Assembly (NCBI GenBank): GCA_009914755.4
Contig: CP068257.2
Location: 19,456,001 to 19,520,000, forward strand
Reading direction: 5' to 3'
DNA from: the human T2T-CHM13v2.0 reference genome, Homo sapiens
DNA: 64,000 nt
Below the pieces are notes generated by a model. It was not told where the DNA came from, made no database searches, and saw only the letters and a list, made by a program, of their open reading frames with translations. Shown in pieces: positions 1 through 14,640 of this stretch. The first letter of the stretch is position 1; each line of letters begins with the position of its first letter. The position numbers and the translations under genes were made by a program.

Positions 1-840
1 TTATACCAGATTTTTTCTGCTTAAAAAAATAGTGACTTCTCATTAGTCTTGGGGTGAAGTCATAAGCATCTTAATGTAACAGTAATTCCCTTGATGTTCT
101 TTGTCTGCAGTGCCTCATTTCTGCCTCCAAACCCAGCAGCATCTTTCTCTTTGTTACTGACATTGGAGTCTAGGCTCTAAATTACTGCCCTTTTTTCCAG
201 TCCTTTAGTTTTTTCATTTGTGCTTCTTTGCCTAGAATGCTCACACTTTCCTTCTTTTGTTTACATTTTATCTAAAGTGTAATTTTCTCAAGGAAACATT
301 TTCCTCAAGTAAATTTCTCTGAGTGGGTCAAATGCCTCTTTTCTAAGAATTCTCGTCAAATTGGTAATTGCAAATTTATATTTATTTTGTTTCCAGGGAT
401 ATGTTCATGTCCATGAGAGGAGATCCAGTGTCTCATTTTGACACAAATTGTGTACTTAATCTTGATTATATATTTGATACACTCGATGCTAGGGAACTGC
501 AGTTGAATACCAGGCTGTACATGCTGAATATTGAAAAAAATCAGAACTTGAAAATTAAAATTTGTTGATGAATGAAAACAAAATTCAAATGTTTGTCAGT
601 CTTATATACACAAATATCCATTGGAAATGAAAGAGAAATCAAATTGTTTGAAAGACATGCAAACAACATAGAAAATACATTATCAACTGGATAGTTCAAG
701 AAGGAAATGTACCAGGAAAAAGATGGAAATAGTATGCCCTAAAACATCCTTCAAAAAAGGTGATATAAGGACAGTTAATCTTTGAGCATTTTTGGTTACC
801 TAAAAGCTAAACAATATACTCAGACATTGAGTATAATAAT

Positions 841-904
841 AGTTTATCTAGAAGATAAACTATTTATCTAGTTTAAACTATGATTTATCTTCTAGATAAA
901 CTGT
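841..904. repeat. Short inverted repeat (19-bp arms tttatcttctagataaact / agtttatctagaagataaa) with ~22-bp spacer that itself repeats tttatctag
   Basis: Read directly: 841-861 is the reverse complement of 884-904 with one mismatch. Confidence 0.6.
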
Positions 905-1774
905 TATTTAGAATTGCATGTGTAATTCAATAAATTGAAATTTTACTGGAGTAAAGCATTTAATGTGATTTTATGAATTTCAGTTATGTCAACATTTCTA
1001 AATACGTTCTCAGAATAAATGTATGTAGTGTTTTGAACTGTAAAAATCATGTATATTTACAGGGATAACTTTCTGCAAGGATTTTAGACATGACATTATA
1101 GGAAGGCTTACATAACGATGTAAGTGGGTCATATTTAAAGACTTAATACTCAAAAGGTAGATTACCTATGAAGATTTAAGAAAATTTGAATTAAACATTT
1201 CTAATTGAAAAAATTCCATGGGGACATTAATCACAATCAGTGCATAATGAAGAATATTGGTATATATTAAAAGCATAATTGTTGACTTTTAAAAGAGTTT
1301 TAAGTTCCTCTGAACATTGATGTTCACTAAACTGGAGTTAATTAGTTAGCTTTCTCTATATATAGATTAGTTAATAGTTGATTAGTCAAGTATTATAAAT
1401 ATTCCCAGAAGTGGTGCTGCTGTCTTACAGTGTCTTCAAGAAATGTGAAGTCAAGTCAGGTTATGGCTTATGTTTTTAAGTAGTAAATTATGTATCAGTT
1501 CTAAAATAGAGTTCAGCTTAATTGTTAAATAGTATAAATCAGCAAATTGATTCCTTCAATGCATATGTGCTCCAGTTTAATTTTCATTTGTGGACACATT
1601 TTCAACGCAAATCACAGGTGACCTTAATCCAAGGAAGAAATCCAAGGAAAAAATTTATACACATACATACCAGAGACTGTTGATAATAAAACTGAAGTGC
1701 TAGTGTAATTGATTATTGATTATGGTAAATGTATGTAATATTGTAAAAGTGATTTAAAGTTACATCTTGATCTG

Positions 1775-1832
1775 TCATCTTTCTGTCTATCTATCTAGCT
1801 AGCTACCTATCTTTCTATCTAAAGACACAGAT
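1775..1832. repeat. Low-complexity (TCTA)n/(TAGC)-like tetranucleotide tract
   Basis: tctgtctatctatctagctagctacctatctttctatcta seen in sequence. Confidence 0.6.
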
Positions 1833-3080
1833 AATTTTACCTTTTTAAAAAAAAAAGCAGGAAAAAACATCTTGGAGGAATACAGATGAACTGCATGTCC
1901 AAAAAGTAAGTATGGAGGAAAAATAAGTAAGTGAGGCTAAATAAGTTCTTTAAGGAAGAAAAGATGATAAGATACTTTAAATATATGCTTATTTTTATAA
2001 GGAATAAAGATATTGAATACCTCAGAAAAAATAACTAGAAGCAAGGACCTGTGAATATAATAAAAACAGTAAATTCGGAAAATACTGAGTATTTGATTAT
2101 CACCTATTTTGGAAAAATTGCATATCAACTTTTACTTTCATATTTCTCAGAACTACTAGCTTTCATGAAGTGTCTTTCAGTGAGCTGTGTTTTATTTATC
2201 TCCCTTTATATTATGAATCTAGCCCAGTACCTGATGCAGAGGAACCGTTAAGGGTTGGCTGTTGAATATTACTATATGTATCATTTTAAGTGAATTGCGA
2301 ATGAGAGATAAGAAAGAAGAAACTATTGAGTCAGATATGTATCAAAAGTAATAAGAACAGAACATCTGTTTATGAGAAACAGGAAAGACCTCAATTACCC
2401 TATGGGACTATCCATGGAGAGCCTTCATTTATTTTGTCTTTGTCTTTCAGAAAACCTCTTAACTATTATTGTTAATTTCAATTAATACTTCGGATAATGC
2501 CACACATTCTTGTGAGCAAGGGTAACCTTGCTAGGTTCTTCCAGTTTTCTTTATTTTGGAAAAGATAAGTTGTTGACTTTAAATGCTATATATATATTTT
2601 TTTAATTTCCAAAGTGCTTTATTTGCATATGTGAATTTATTACATTTTCACTAGATATTAACGATCTCTGAAAGTGCATACAGACAGCCCTCACTTTGCA
2701 CAGTAGTGGATTGTTAAAGTGGCAGTGCAAATTAAAACTGTGTAAACAAATCATTTGAAAACTTACAATTGTTCTGTGACATTTAAAATTCGTATCAAAG
2801 CATTAAAACATTTATTCCTCTTAGAAATGTGTAGAAAGATAAAAAACAAATATGTATTTAATACTCTAAAACATTAGAAATATTGAGAATTAAAATGTTT
2901 TTTTCTCTGTAAAATTCTTATCAATAATAGTTGAAGTAGTGTTTTCCTTCTCCTAGTATCATTTATTATTGGTACCACAAGCAAGAATCTTTTCTATGCC
3001 TTGTTCGATGGTTATGTATCTTTCTAAGTTTGGATCAGCTTCCAACATTTTATTCTTTACTCTTTTAATATCATGGAATA

Positions 3081-3226
3081 TCTGCAAGCGTTTATTTAAT
3101 GTTTTTGTGTGTGTGTGTGTTGGTGTTACTTCATCTGGAATGTTTACGTCTTTATTTGCAAGTGTTTATTTAATGTTTAGTTTTTTTGTTGGCGTTACTT
3201 CATCTGGAATGTCTATATCTTTATTT
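3081..3226. repeat. Tandem duplication of a ~73-bp unit; copy 1 contains a (GT)7 microsatellite (3108-3129)
   Basis: tttatttaatgttt...ttggtgttacttcatctggaatgt...ctttattt occurs twice back to back; ORF 2969-3349 with repeated VGVTSSGM is a by-product. Confidence 0.8.
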
Positions 3227-4689
3227 GTTACAACCGGATTTCTCATTTATGCCAATGTCAGCCTTAACCAATTTTCTCTGACTTTCTATCTTAAAGCCTC
3301 TGTAATGGAGACAGTGTCAACATCCCTAAGCCAGTTATTTCTTCCATAACTCCATTTACCTTTGATTTCAATTTCACTTACAGCATCATCATTTTAGTTT
3401 CTCCCTTGAACTTTTATTTTTGTCGGCCAATTCCTTCTTTCATTATACGTTTTTGGTAAACATCACGTGGGTTTTTCACTGGGAAACAAAGAGGTAAGGC
3501 AACCACAGGCTTTCCCTTCTGCACGTGAATTGAATACATGCTCAGCAGCCAATCAAAAACAGACTATGAAGAAGTGAGGTGATTGGTCATCGGTCATGAT
3601 AAGCATCTGTTATTTACATAATAATCCATGTGCTGAAGAGTTAGCAGTGAAGTTTATACTTTATGCCAGTATAGTCAATATACCATAGTAACTGAAAGTT
3701 GAAATGTGTTATGGGAAGCAGGTATTATTTCACTAAACAGTGGAAACGAGTTTCATGCATTTTAGAACTGCAAAATTGAGGACTGTTTTTATTATTGGTT
3801 ATGGATATTGGTCATTTTATTATATGTGGACAAATGTAAAACTACATATTTTTTTAACAGAGATACATTTTTTATATGCTTACTATTTTAAATATAGACT
3901 TGCTATATTTTATAACTGCATAAAAATTTCAATAAATGGTCCTATTTACACTGCACAAACTTGTATACATAACAGATATCTGCTGAATGAGCAGAAAAAA
4001 CAAGCTGGCTGTTTCAGATCCACCAAGGCTGTTTTGTGCAAGAAAGTGTCTGCAGCTTTGTAGGTCCAGAAACACTGTTACATCAGGACACTCATTGTTT
4101 ACCAGACCTTCTGAGATTGTTTTATTCTAATCAAAAGAGCAAGAAAGCAATTGATAAGCTGGATAAAAATTTTGAATTGACAATCACAAATATAACCCAG
4201 AATTGAACAAACGTTCTGTGGTTGGTTTATAGGACATGCTTTCCCAAATAGGAACCCCAGTTCTGTCTTCAGCTGATGATTTGAAGGGCTTGAATCAAGA
4301 GTAAAAATGTGAGTAAATGTTCCTATTTAATAGCTCTCTTGAGAGGAACTATGCTTAATACCTTAAAGCCCATATTCTAAGGTAATACATCCCAATGATA
4401 GCCATTAGCCATATCTATATGATATGACCTGATAGCATGAACTATCAAGCACTTGAAATTTGGCTAGTTGCAATTGATATGTAACTGCTGGATTTCGAAG
4501 AGTACTACGAAAAAGCAAAAAGCTAATGTAAAAGCTTCAATAATTTTTTCTTGAGCATATGCTGGAATTATATTACTCAGATATATTGGTCTAAATACAT
4601 ATATTATTAAAATTAATTTCATATATATATTTTTACTTTTAAAAATATGGCTACAGAAAACTTAAAATTGCATATGTGGCTCACATTGT

Positions 4690-4810
4690 GTTATCAGGCA
4701 GCATTGCTTTACGGCCCATAATGCCTTTGTTCAAATCCTAACTTCACAATTTATTTACTCTACAATGGACCTGGTACTTAACCTCTCTGTTTCTATAAAG
4801 CAATAATTTA
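4690..4810 (+). mobile_element. MIR-like SINE fragment
   Basis: gttcaaatcctaacttcacaatttatttactc...ggtacttaacctctctgtttc resembles the MIR core (gttcgaatcc...aagttacttaacctctctgtgcctcagtttcc). Confidence 0.3.
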
Positions 4811-7800
4811 TAGTAATAATAATGTATTATCAATAATATAGAAATTAATTTAAATCAGTTAATAATAACTATTAAGCACGTACATACATTGACAGTTGAG
4901 CACTGTCAGTTATTATTGAGTATTGATTAGTACAGGAAATGTGCTAAACATATTCTTTCTGTGAAACTTTTTTTGCATATTTTGTTCTCTAATAACTAGC
5001 TTCATTTGCTCTTTCTAGACATATTGCTATATGATTGGGTCAGATTACGCCTTCTTTACATCAGCCAAATCAAAGCTTGTTTTCATAAGAATACACACAG
5101 GACTGTTTGAAAGTGTTGAAACACAGCCCACTTTCATCACCAACATGTCTAGACTTCAACATGAACGAGTTTATGCACAATATTTTTTGTTTACTTCTAT
5201 ACATGACTAATCTTATCCATTGTGTATGTGTATAAGTGTGTAAGTGCATACAAGCATATGTTTTAATTGTTTCTTTCATTATTAGAGGATGGCCTTTTTG
5301 TGACTAAAGAAAGGAAACTTTTTCTTAGCCAACTAAGAAGTGATTAAACTATCTTATTATCTAGTATCAAAAATAATGTAGAATTTACATTAAATATAAT
5401 ATTAAATTACAATATGTAAATATTAAATGTAATTTTATATATAAGAATTTAGGTTTAATACAAGTATGTGATTCTAAACTTTCTATTGCATTGCCAATCA
5501 CAGGTGTTCTATAAATCATTACAGGTTTATCAACTGAAAGTTCTAAATTTTAGATCTATTTTAAAAATAAATTTTAGTATAGGAAATAGTTTCTAAATAT
5601 GGTTGTATTAACTAGACTTCTGTTAATAGACTACATTCATTTATGCTTTATGTTAGTACCTCTCTGTTAAATATCTTGAGAAATCAATTCTTTTAGACAT
5701 TGTAATATTATTTTGCATTTCTTTGGCATAAGTGATGAGCTGTGTATCAATATTTCCTTTTGGGGCTTTATTTAATGTGCATTCATCATCCTACAACTAG
5801 AAAATAATTATCATTCAAAATACCAGTTTCTCTGTAGACTATAATGTTTCTATATAGTTATTATTCTCCAAGTCAGGGTTTATAATATAGTCTGAACAAT
5901 ATATTGTTTCATATGTAGCCATACTAATTTTTCTGTATTGTCATTGAGAACACAGATTGTCCCAGCTTTTATCTCATTATATATTTTTTCTGTTTGAAAT
6001 ATTTTCATCCTGATGTTATTGCTGTCTCTTCTACAAATACTCTGCTCTCCTAATTCATTTTAGTTCCATCGCATGGTATTTAATTTACCTATTAATACTG
6101 TGTCATGGGTCCTCATCCAAAGCTTTTCTAAAGTCTAACTAGACTTTATGAATTGAATTTGAATTATTTTGGCAGTAATAACTTCAAAGCATTGTAATAG
6201 GTTTGTTAAGCATGACCTCCCCTGCCTGAATTCATGCTGGCTATAATTAATCAAGTTATGCTTTACCAGGTGCGCATTTGCCATGCTCCTAAATATGTTT
6301 CCATGAGTGAAATTCTACAGTGGATGTTAACGTTTGTCACTCCTGATTCATCTTCTGCTGTTCATTTTATAACACATTCTGTGGTTTAAGTATTCATTTA
6401 ATGAGCTAATAATATTTCACTTAGTAATAGGAGAATATATTATTTATTCCAGTTGAAGTTACTACTTATTGTAACTGAAATTCCCCAAAAGATTTGATCT
6501 TAACTATATCCTTAAACTCTAAATTATTATAATGAAAAAATAGGACAATAATTATTGCAAAGTATAGTGTTTTTCCAGCATTCAAAAGCCCATTTCGTTT
6601 TTTTCAAATTTCTTTTTATTTTTCATCATTTAACAGAAATGAAGGACATTTAAAGCACATTAAAAGACAAAGGAAATGGCAGCTTCTGTAGTAACATTTA
6701 TCTAAATGATGAAGTATCATAATCAATCACAGAAAGATCATACTTTGTCCTTAGATTCTGCATTGGAGTCTACAGATAATGGAGAATTATTACAGTTGTA
6801 GCAAATCTTAAGATGTACTTAATTTTACAAGTTAAGAAAATAAAATTTAAGTTATTTATAATCTGCTAGAAAAAAGGCACTATGACATATGAAATTGATA
6901 TTTTGTATTGTTATATATGATTATTATTTAGCTTTGTGACAGAAACTACTAAGAGCACAGAAAATAATATCCCATTTTGTTGTGAAATTTAAATCAAATT
7001 CAAAATATTTTTTCTGTTGAAAACTGTATTATTTTCCAGGTGCAAATGATGGAATAAAAAATGTGTAGCCTTAGAAATAAAAAAAAGTACAAATATATTT
7101 CTGAGGCTAAGTTTATTCAAATTGGAATTCTTACTAGTAATTTATTTCATTTTCATAAAGATTAATTAACTCGATTTTGTATAATTAATGAATAATGATA
7201 TTTACAACATGAATTTTTTTCCCCATGACAATGCTGAAATCTTCAGTGTTCTTTGATTTCTTAGCTATTTTCAGGAGGGAATGAGTATTTTATTAATTGA
7301 ATGCATGATTAGGCATTACTCAGTAGATATTTTAATAGATAAAATATTTTGTCTATTTGCCTCACACAAACATGCATTACACAGACATTCAGATAATAAT
7401 AGTTACGTTGTAATTTATACTAATATATACTCATGTTTTTACATTTCTCAGAATTGTGACACTTTTAAATCTAAATTTGTTAAAATGACAAGGCAGTGTT
7501 AAATCACTGTAGGTTTTTCTTATTATTATGGCGAAATACAATGAAAAGAATTTAGCTAGTCGAATATCTCTTTCAGATAGGCACATCTGAGAATTTAGTT
7601 TTATGAAGTTGAATGTACTACACATATATATGGAATTTACTTTTACAAAATTGAAGGTACACATATTATATAGTTTTAAACTATTGTTAGTTAATTATTA
7701 TTGGATGAATACATTTATTTCATTTTGATATTTGGGGCTTTGATGTTTCAGAAGTTAACCTTTGGAAACCTAATATTTATAAAAATGTGCCTTGGTATTA

Positions 7801-8084
7801 CTATGTAAACCCAAATTTAAAGATATATAATGTCAAAATTTTAATGTCACTGTATCTCTCAACTGTAAAAGCCTATTAGACCTTTTTTCTGTATCTTCAT
7901 AATAGAATAGTTTTGTTACGTGATGCAGTTTTTGTGTGAATCTTCAGAGAATCACTTTTATTATTCTTACTGAAACCTCATATTATATTAAACATATCCA
8001 AATACATTCCAGAAGGAACACAGTTAATTCTTGAATTTTTTATGGTATGTCAGGTAGTGGACTAAACACTTCATGCATATCATA

Positions 8085-8190
8085 TTTAGTGTTCACATCT
8101 TCTCTATTAGGGAGGTATTATCCCCATTTTATAGACAAGTAAACTGAGGCTCAATATATTAAGCAGTGAAATTAGTTTGACTTAATTCTA
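8085..8190 (-). mobile_element. MIR SINE core fragment
   Basis: tatccccattttatagacaagtaaactgaggctcaa is the reverse-complement MIR core motif (ccccattttacagatgaggaaactgaggctcag). Confidence 0.45.
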
Positions 8191-8848
8191 AAGCTGAAGT
8201 ATTTTCTAAGATGTGCGTGGCAATGTGAAGGCCTGTTCTTCATAACTTTATCTGAATGTTTATTAACTGTACTAGTATGATATGTGAAGATGGACAAAAA
8301 AAGATGCATTTTTTAAGTACATATCCTGATGGCAGCAATTTTTTTTAAAAAATTCAGTTTTGTTCAGAGTCAAGGTGTCATGCAGGCCACAATTTTCAGC
8401 AAGCAATTGCCAAAGCCTGATAAAGGGAAATTTTCCTGCCTGAAATGGCCAGGCACGCGATGAGATTGGGATGAGTTTTGGTGAAAGCACTTATAAAAAG
8501 CTAAGAATCAAATGAGGAAACCAAGTCCAGGTGATATGACCATCAGTGGATTAATTTATTCACTTGTGTGTCAGTGGACCTCTGTTAATGAGCTAGTGTC
8601 CTTCAAAGTGTTAGACATTATCCACGGGTCCAAAGTGGGTGAAAAAATAAAATGAAACAAAATGAATGAGTCAGTAAGTGAAAAAGGCAAAACAAAGGAT
8701 CAATAATCAGTTTTAGAACATAGAAAAGTAGATGCTGGATCATGCCTTAAATGGTACTGAGGTTTATACATTTTGCCTTTACTGATTATTGGTTTTGGTG
8801 TCACCTGGCTCAGGCAAGCTACACTAAAGGTACAAATAAATGAGATGG

Positions 8849-9234
8849 GCTTTGTATTAGTTCATTCTCACGCTGCTATAAAGAACTGCCTGAGACTAGG
8901 TAATTTATAAGGAAGAGAGGTTTAATTGGCTCACAGTTCTGCATGACTGGGGAGACCTCAGGAAAAATACAATCATGATGGAAGGCCCCTCTTCACAGGG
9001 CAGCAAGAGAGAGAAGTGCTAAGCAAAGGGTGGAGGGAAGCTCCTTATAAAACCATCAGATCTGGTGAAAACTCACTCACTATCATGAGAACAGCATGAG
9101 GGTAACAGACCCCATAATTCAATTACCTCTCACAGGCTCCCTTCCATGACATGTGGGGATTGTGGGAGCTACCTTTCAAGATGAGATTTGGGTGGGGACG
9201 CAGCCAAACCTTATATCAGGCTTTAAGAAAATGG
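8849..9234 (-). mobile_element. MaLR solo LTR of THE1/MST type
   Basis: Window shows the reverse complement of the THE1/MST consensus: gtattagttcattctcacgctgctataaagaactgcctgagactaggtaatttataagg...ctcactcactatcatgagaacagcatg...gagatttgggtggggacgcagccaaaccttatatca. Confidence 0.75.
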
Positions 9235-12200
9235 TGAAGGTTGTTAGCTTTAGCTAGTTTCCAAGTGTCAACAGCAGTATTGCCAGTATTCCTGCTTTTG
9301 CCTTTTTCTCGTGAACCTAAAATTTATATTAGCGATCCCAGTTCACCTAACCCACCCTGCCTGTTATGTCATCTTTACTTCTACACTACTGACCGTACCT
9401 TACTCATGACACTTGGGTTTATTGCCATTTTTTACTTTTTTAACTTTTGCTTTCTATTGATCAGCACAGATCAAGGAATTAAATTATGTGTTTGTTTATT
9501 ATTGTGGTGTTTATTTCTAGTGTGTCTTTTTCCTTCCTTTCTAACCTTTCTACCTTTCCAACTGACCATGGTTTTGCTTCAGGAAAAGGCCTACATAGCC
9601 AAAAACAGCAAAGAAAATGTCAAATTGTTAGTTTTCAAGTCTAAAATTGATTTTTCAAAATTCGTGGCAGAAACCACAGTTTAAAAAATGTTTGAGTTAT
9701 GAAGACCATCCTTTTTAGGAAGGTAAAGTTCATGCATTTGGTATTTGACCAAAAAAAAGAGAAGCCCCAAAGAAATCTATGCATGAGGTTAAAGAGATTA
9801 TATCAAGAGGGACCAAGGATTTACAAATTCCATTTACTGAAGACGAGAGCCTGTAAAGGAGCTATATGAATGTCAGTGGAGGCCAACCAGAGTAGATGTC
9901 AGTGACCCCCCAAAAGCCAAGGCCAAGATAAGGCATATCTTTGTGGATGCTGGTAATGAAAGACAAAGCCAGAAGTACAAGGTGGTGGTTGCCCCAGAAA
10001 ACATGATGCCGTGTAGAAACGGGGAGAAAGGAGCATGACATTGTAAATAGAATAGAATAGCTAAAAGCGACTGAGTTTACCTATATTTCCCTATGTTACA
10101 TTTCCTGTTATAATGCAGAAGGAAATCTTATAAAAGACAATTACTTCAGTAGTAGAAAGCGGTTTTAAATTTCTAACACTTGAGTCTACTTCCACTGAAT
10201 ATGGCTTGTGGGTGTAGTTGGCCTTTCATTGTGCTTAAACTGCCCTTTAACCCCCTTTCTGTTTAGGTGTCTGGCCTATGACTTCTCCCAGTAATTTTGC
10301 TCTTGTCCTCTTCCTTGCCCATGCAAGACCTGTACGCATAGACACATAGCTGTTCTCTTGGGAGCACCCTTCTTTCAGGAAGCTCTGTGCCATTTCATCT
10401 CTCTGAATGTTACAAATAGATGCACTTTCCTAGTATCCAGTTTCTAGAGGCTTAGATTCTAATGAATTTGATCTGTTACATTGACTTATTGACTCTGCCT
10501 AAATGTTCCCAATTGTATTCCCCAAATGAAATCTAAATAATGTGGTATTTGAGGACACACTGTGTATGTAATGTATCATATTGTCTATTTTGTGAGGTAT
10601 TACAAAGAAGAGAATAATATTTAATTCATGGGAGGCTATTATATTTACTCCTTATGCAGTGTTTTCATGTGCATTACCTAATTTTCACCTTAGATTTATG
10701 CAAATAAATTGTAAATGATATCTCTGTTTTCCTTAAGATATTAATATGCAGAAATAACATATCCATAAGCTGTAAACATAATAGAAAATAAATATATGTT
10801 GATAAAACATGGAAAAATGTAAAAATACAGCAAACACATAATCATAGCTAAATGTAAAATAGAAACTATATTACATTTCATTTATGTTTTTGATTCTGTG
10901 ATTTTGATAACTTAAGATACTACTTTTTACTTTTGGAAGCATAATGGTGCACACTACCTTATTGATATGGACTCATGCATACTCTCATAAGAATCAAGGT
11001 AGAGTCAACATAAGTAACTGGTTTTCTGCCCATGTATAAATTCCACCTTCACTACATACTAGCTGTAACTTTAAAGCTTTCTTTTATTTCAAATCTGTCA
11101 TTCTGATTTAGTAAACATGGCACAGTGGCCGTACAGATAAAAACAGCAAGTTTTCTGTGATTCACTAGCTAATATTGATAAATAATGGATTTAAATGTAA
11201 CCATTTCTCAAAAAGGTCACAGTCATGTGTTCTTTGCTGATATTTGAGGTAACCAGAAGAATAAAAGAGGAGGGAAACAATTCCTTAAGACCTATACACA
11301 AAAAAATAAATGAACAAAATAAGTAAAGTTAAAATCATTTTGTCTCTCAATCATGCTTTCATCTGTTGATTTTATAAAAGACTACTACTTGAAAATCATA
11401 GCTTTGACAATTATAAATAGTGTTTAACAAGCATTTCCAGCTCTCACTGTCTTTGGATATGTGCTAACCTGTTTCTGTTGGGTCTAGCATGTGGCAAGCT
11501 TTGGCCAATGAAGTGTAGGAGTAGCTTGTGTCACCTCTTGTCTGAAGCCCTTTGTGCAACATTGATGTTGTGGAAGCACTAGTTAAAGTGAAGGTCTGTC
11601 TTCCTGAGTGTCTGAGTGCCATGATGAGAGAGCCCCCTGCTGACCTTAACCAGAGATGAAGCAAGAGTAAAATATGCACACTTGTGTTAAAACATGACTC
11701 TTCAGGATTGTAGGTTACTGCGTCATAGCCTCAACAAACCTGACTATTGGAATGCTTATGTAGATTGTGAATCACTGCATATATTTGTATTATAGTTTAC
11801 TTTTAAAATTGTAAAAAAAGTACAATTTTTACTAGAAACACGATTTTTACTTATATTTTTTAATTTAAAGGGGTGTGACAACTTGATAATTTAATGTAGT
11901 TTAATTTTTTTAACTCCTCACAATACAGGATTTCTCAGGTTATATTTAATATATGGTATAGATTTTATTAAGGTTTTGGGCGCATACAAGTATATTTGGG
12001 GAAGGTGAATTGATCATTCATAAAATTTTTTGGCACTTAACTAATAACTCATGGATATAAACCAAAACAATTGCAGTCAAAAATCAATGAAGTTCAGGAA
12101 CACTTTTCACTAGTTAACTATGCGTAAAGCTCTGTGATAAGTTTTGAGGGGGGAAAAAGAAAGGAAAATACTTGAGTTGTTAACATATGATTTTTTAAAA

Positions 12201-14149
12201 ATTAATGATGCTCAGTTATAAAAAATCCAGTGGAAAATATCATTAATGTATTCTGAAACAGTTTGAAAAAGCCACTCTGTGAATCAACCTACTTTTGGTT
12301 TTAGAATTTATTTACTTATTTAGAAAGAAAGAAAACAGAAAGACAGGCACCATTCTCTGTATGTTATTTTCCTGAAAGGTGTTAAGGCAAAATGAAAAAA
12401 AACTCTCCTCTATAATTATGTAATATATCCTAATCTCTTATTATGCTTTATGATTTTATAATTCTGTGTAAAATCTGTCATAGTTTTAAGTCCCATCACC
12501 TAATGCATGCATTCTTGTCTAGTCTTTTTATGAAAGGATTCATTCTTGTGAATCAACAAGGCATAGACCCAGACTAAGAGAGCTTTCATCGTTTTTAAGA
12601 AAGTGACGCTAGCTTACAGTCTCCTAGGAAACTCAAAAATTCAGCAGCTGTAGAAAGTCCAAGTTTTACAAAACAGCTATTATTGGGGGTGAAATCTCCC
12701 AAGGATGGATTCCTGCAATCTCACCTTATTTTTAAACATGGAATAAGAAATACTTTAATAGTATTTATGGTTAGTCATTTGTTAGTGAGCAGAAAAAAAT
12801 CAGCAAAACCCAGATCTGGACACTTTTCATTTCTTGATCTGAGTGGAACTGCAATTAAACTCAGGAAACTTAACAAAAGGCTGATTATTTGAAGGGAATG
12901 GTCATCAAACAAACACTGAAAAAATACAAATCCAGAAAGCACACACAGAATAATTTATTAGGCAGTATAATAGCAATTAATTAAGAGGAATGTATATATG
13001 TACTGGAGAAATATGTATTCTAAAATATAAAGTGTAAAAATTAACAATACATGAAATAGCCACATTATCTCCATGAAATTAAGAGTTTGCACTAAATGAA
13101 CTTCAAAATTGCTATCGAGGGAAAAAAATCCATAATGCTTCTGTACTTTTATATGTGTGTTGCATGCTCAGTTTGTTGGTTATGTTGTCTTTTGGATGCT
13201 AAGAGAAGTACAATGGAATATTGCTTTTAGAAATACGTCTGTGTTTTACACTATCATGCTACTATGAAAGGTAGGCATGCACTTGCTGTCATGAAACAAA
13301 TAGAGTTTTTGTAATTAGGTGAAACTTGCCTAAAGTTAGTCATTTTGTTTTTGTGTGTTAATGACTTATTTATTATCGATACATCTTGATGAGAAACATG
13401 CAGAGTTTAAAGATGGAAAATGAAACATGTTAGTACCATTTATCTGACAACAAAAATGCCAAATGAGAAAATAATCGTGGTTGTGGAATTTTCAGTGTAT
13501 TGACTCAGGCTTACCACTACAGAGTAGAAGAACAAAGAAGGGTGTCTTTGATATCCAGTGGCTATAGGTCAAAAGTTGATTCCTTTTCAGTATTATTTCT
13601 TTGCCTTTGGAGACATTAATTAACTTTTTTGAAACTCAATTTCCACAAGTGAAAAATACATATGTTATGATAATCTCAAAATAGTTTTATAAAGTTTCCG
13701 AATTTATGACATGTTATCTTTTCAGTAAATGTTGTCCTCCCTTCTCCTCCTCCTCACCGTAGAGACGTAAGTTGTTTTCAAGTTATAATCGGATATTTAC
13801 ATGTATTTATTAGTACATTAGTGTATTGTATATATCTGCATGTCAAATGCAAAATACATAGGATGGAAAAATAGGAACAAAGAAGTATTTGCCATACATG
13901 TTTTAAAAAGGTTTTCTAGTACCTATTTTTTTTCTCATGGATAGAGATGCTAACACATCGATAACTTCTACTTCATACTTGTTATCTGCCAAGCATTTGT
14001 TTCATGCACGACAGTGAACAATGTAAATATTCTTTGCTCTTGTGAAGCATATATTTTAGTAAAGAAGAGAGAATGAGACAGTTAGTCAGTAAACAGAATT
14101 AGAGGGGTTAATTTTTTTTCGAAGAGGGTGCATTTAAGCTAATGCAAAG

Positions 14150-14640
14150 TTCCTAAGACAAGAATGAGCTTGGAATATGCAAGAAATAGAAAGAAGGGCC
14201 TGTCGGTGGGGTGCATTAGCAAGGTGTGGTAACAAGCTACTAAGAGTCTTTAGTAATCTCTGCCTTGGGTAGTCTGTTCTTTCATTGTACCAGGATTGAT
14301 TTGCGTGATCAATACAATATGGCAGAATTGATGGTCTGTTACTTCTGAGATGGAGGCTATAAAAGAAATGGTAGCTTCTCTCATTGTTGCTGTTTTTTCT
14401 TACTCTTTGATCACTTCCTCTGGGAGAAATCATGTTGGGAGCAGCCCAGTGGGGAGGTTTACAAGGAGAAAAACTGAAATCTCTGCCAACAACCCTGTGT
14501 GTGAGCTTAGAACAAATCCCCCAGTCTCAAACAAGTCTTCAGAGGTTGCTACCCTAGCCAACAGCAAGTTCATTAACCATCCTGAGACGGAAATGCTTAG
14601 CTAAATTTCTTCCAGATTTCTGACCCTCAAAAAAAATGGA
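14150..14640 (+). mobile_element. Probable MaLR-type LTR remnant (MLT/MST-like)
   Basis: MaLR-like motifs: ...agcccagtggggaggtttacaaggagaaaaactgaaatctctgccaacaaccctgtgtgtgagc...ccagccaacagcaag...cctgagacggaaatgcttagctaaatttcttccagatttctgaccc; ORFs 14134-14433 and 14350-14604 lie inside it. Confidence 0.4.

Noticed and set aside
368-568. Possible terminal coding exon: a pyrimidine tract plus cag acceptor at ~396, followed by a 57-codon open frame (DMFMSMRGDPVSHFDTNCVLNLDYIFDTLDARELQLNTRLYMLNIEKNQNLKIKIC*)
   Set aside because: I do not recognise the peptide. Open frames of this length arise by chance many times in 64 kb across six frames. There is no supporting evidence beyond the acceptor-like motif. 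A tblastn search or RNA-seq evidence would be needed to revive it.
9241-9684. The longest ORF in the track (147 aa)
   Set aside because: The product is hydrophobic and low-complexity (LLLPF, FLLIS, CLFLVCLF) and is translated from T-rich DNA directly adjacent to the THE1/MST LTR. It has no Kozak-like start context or splice signals and is most likely non-coding; it may be MaLR-internal sequence.
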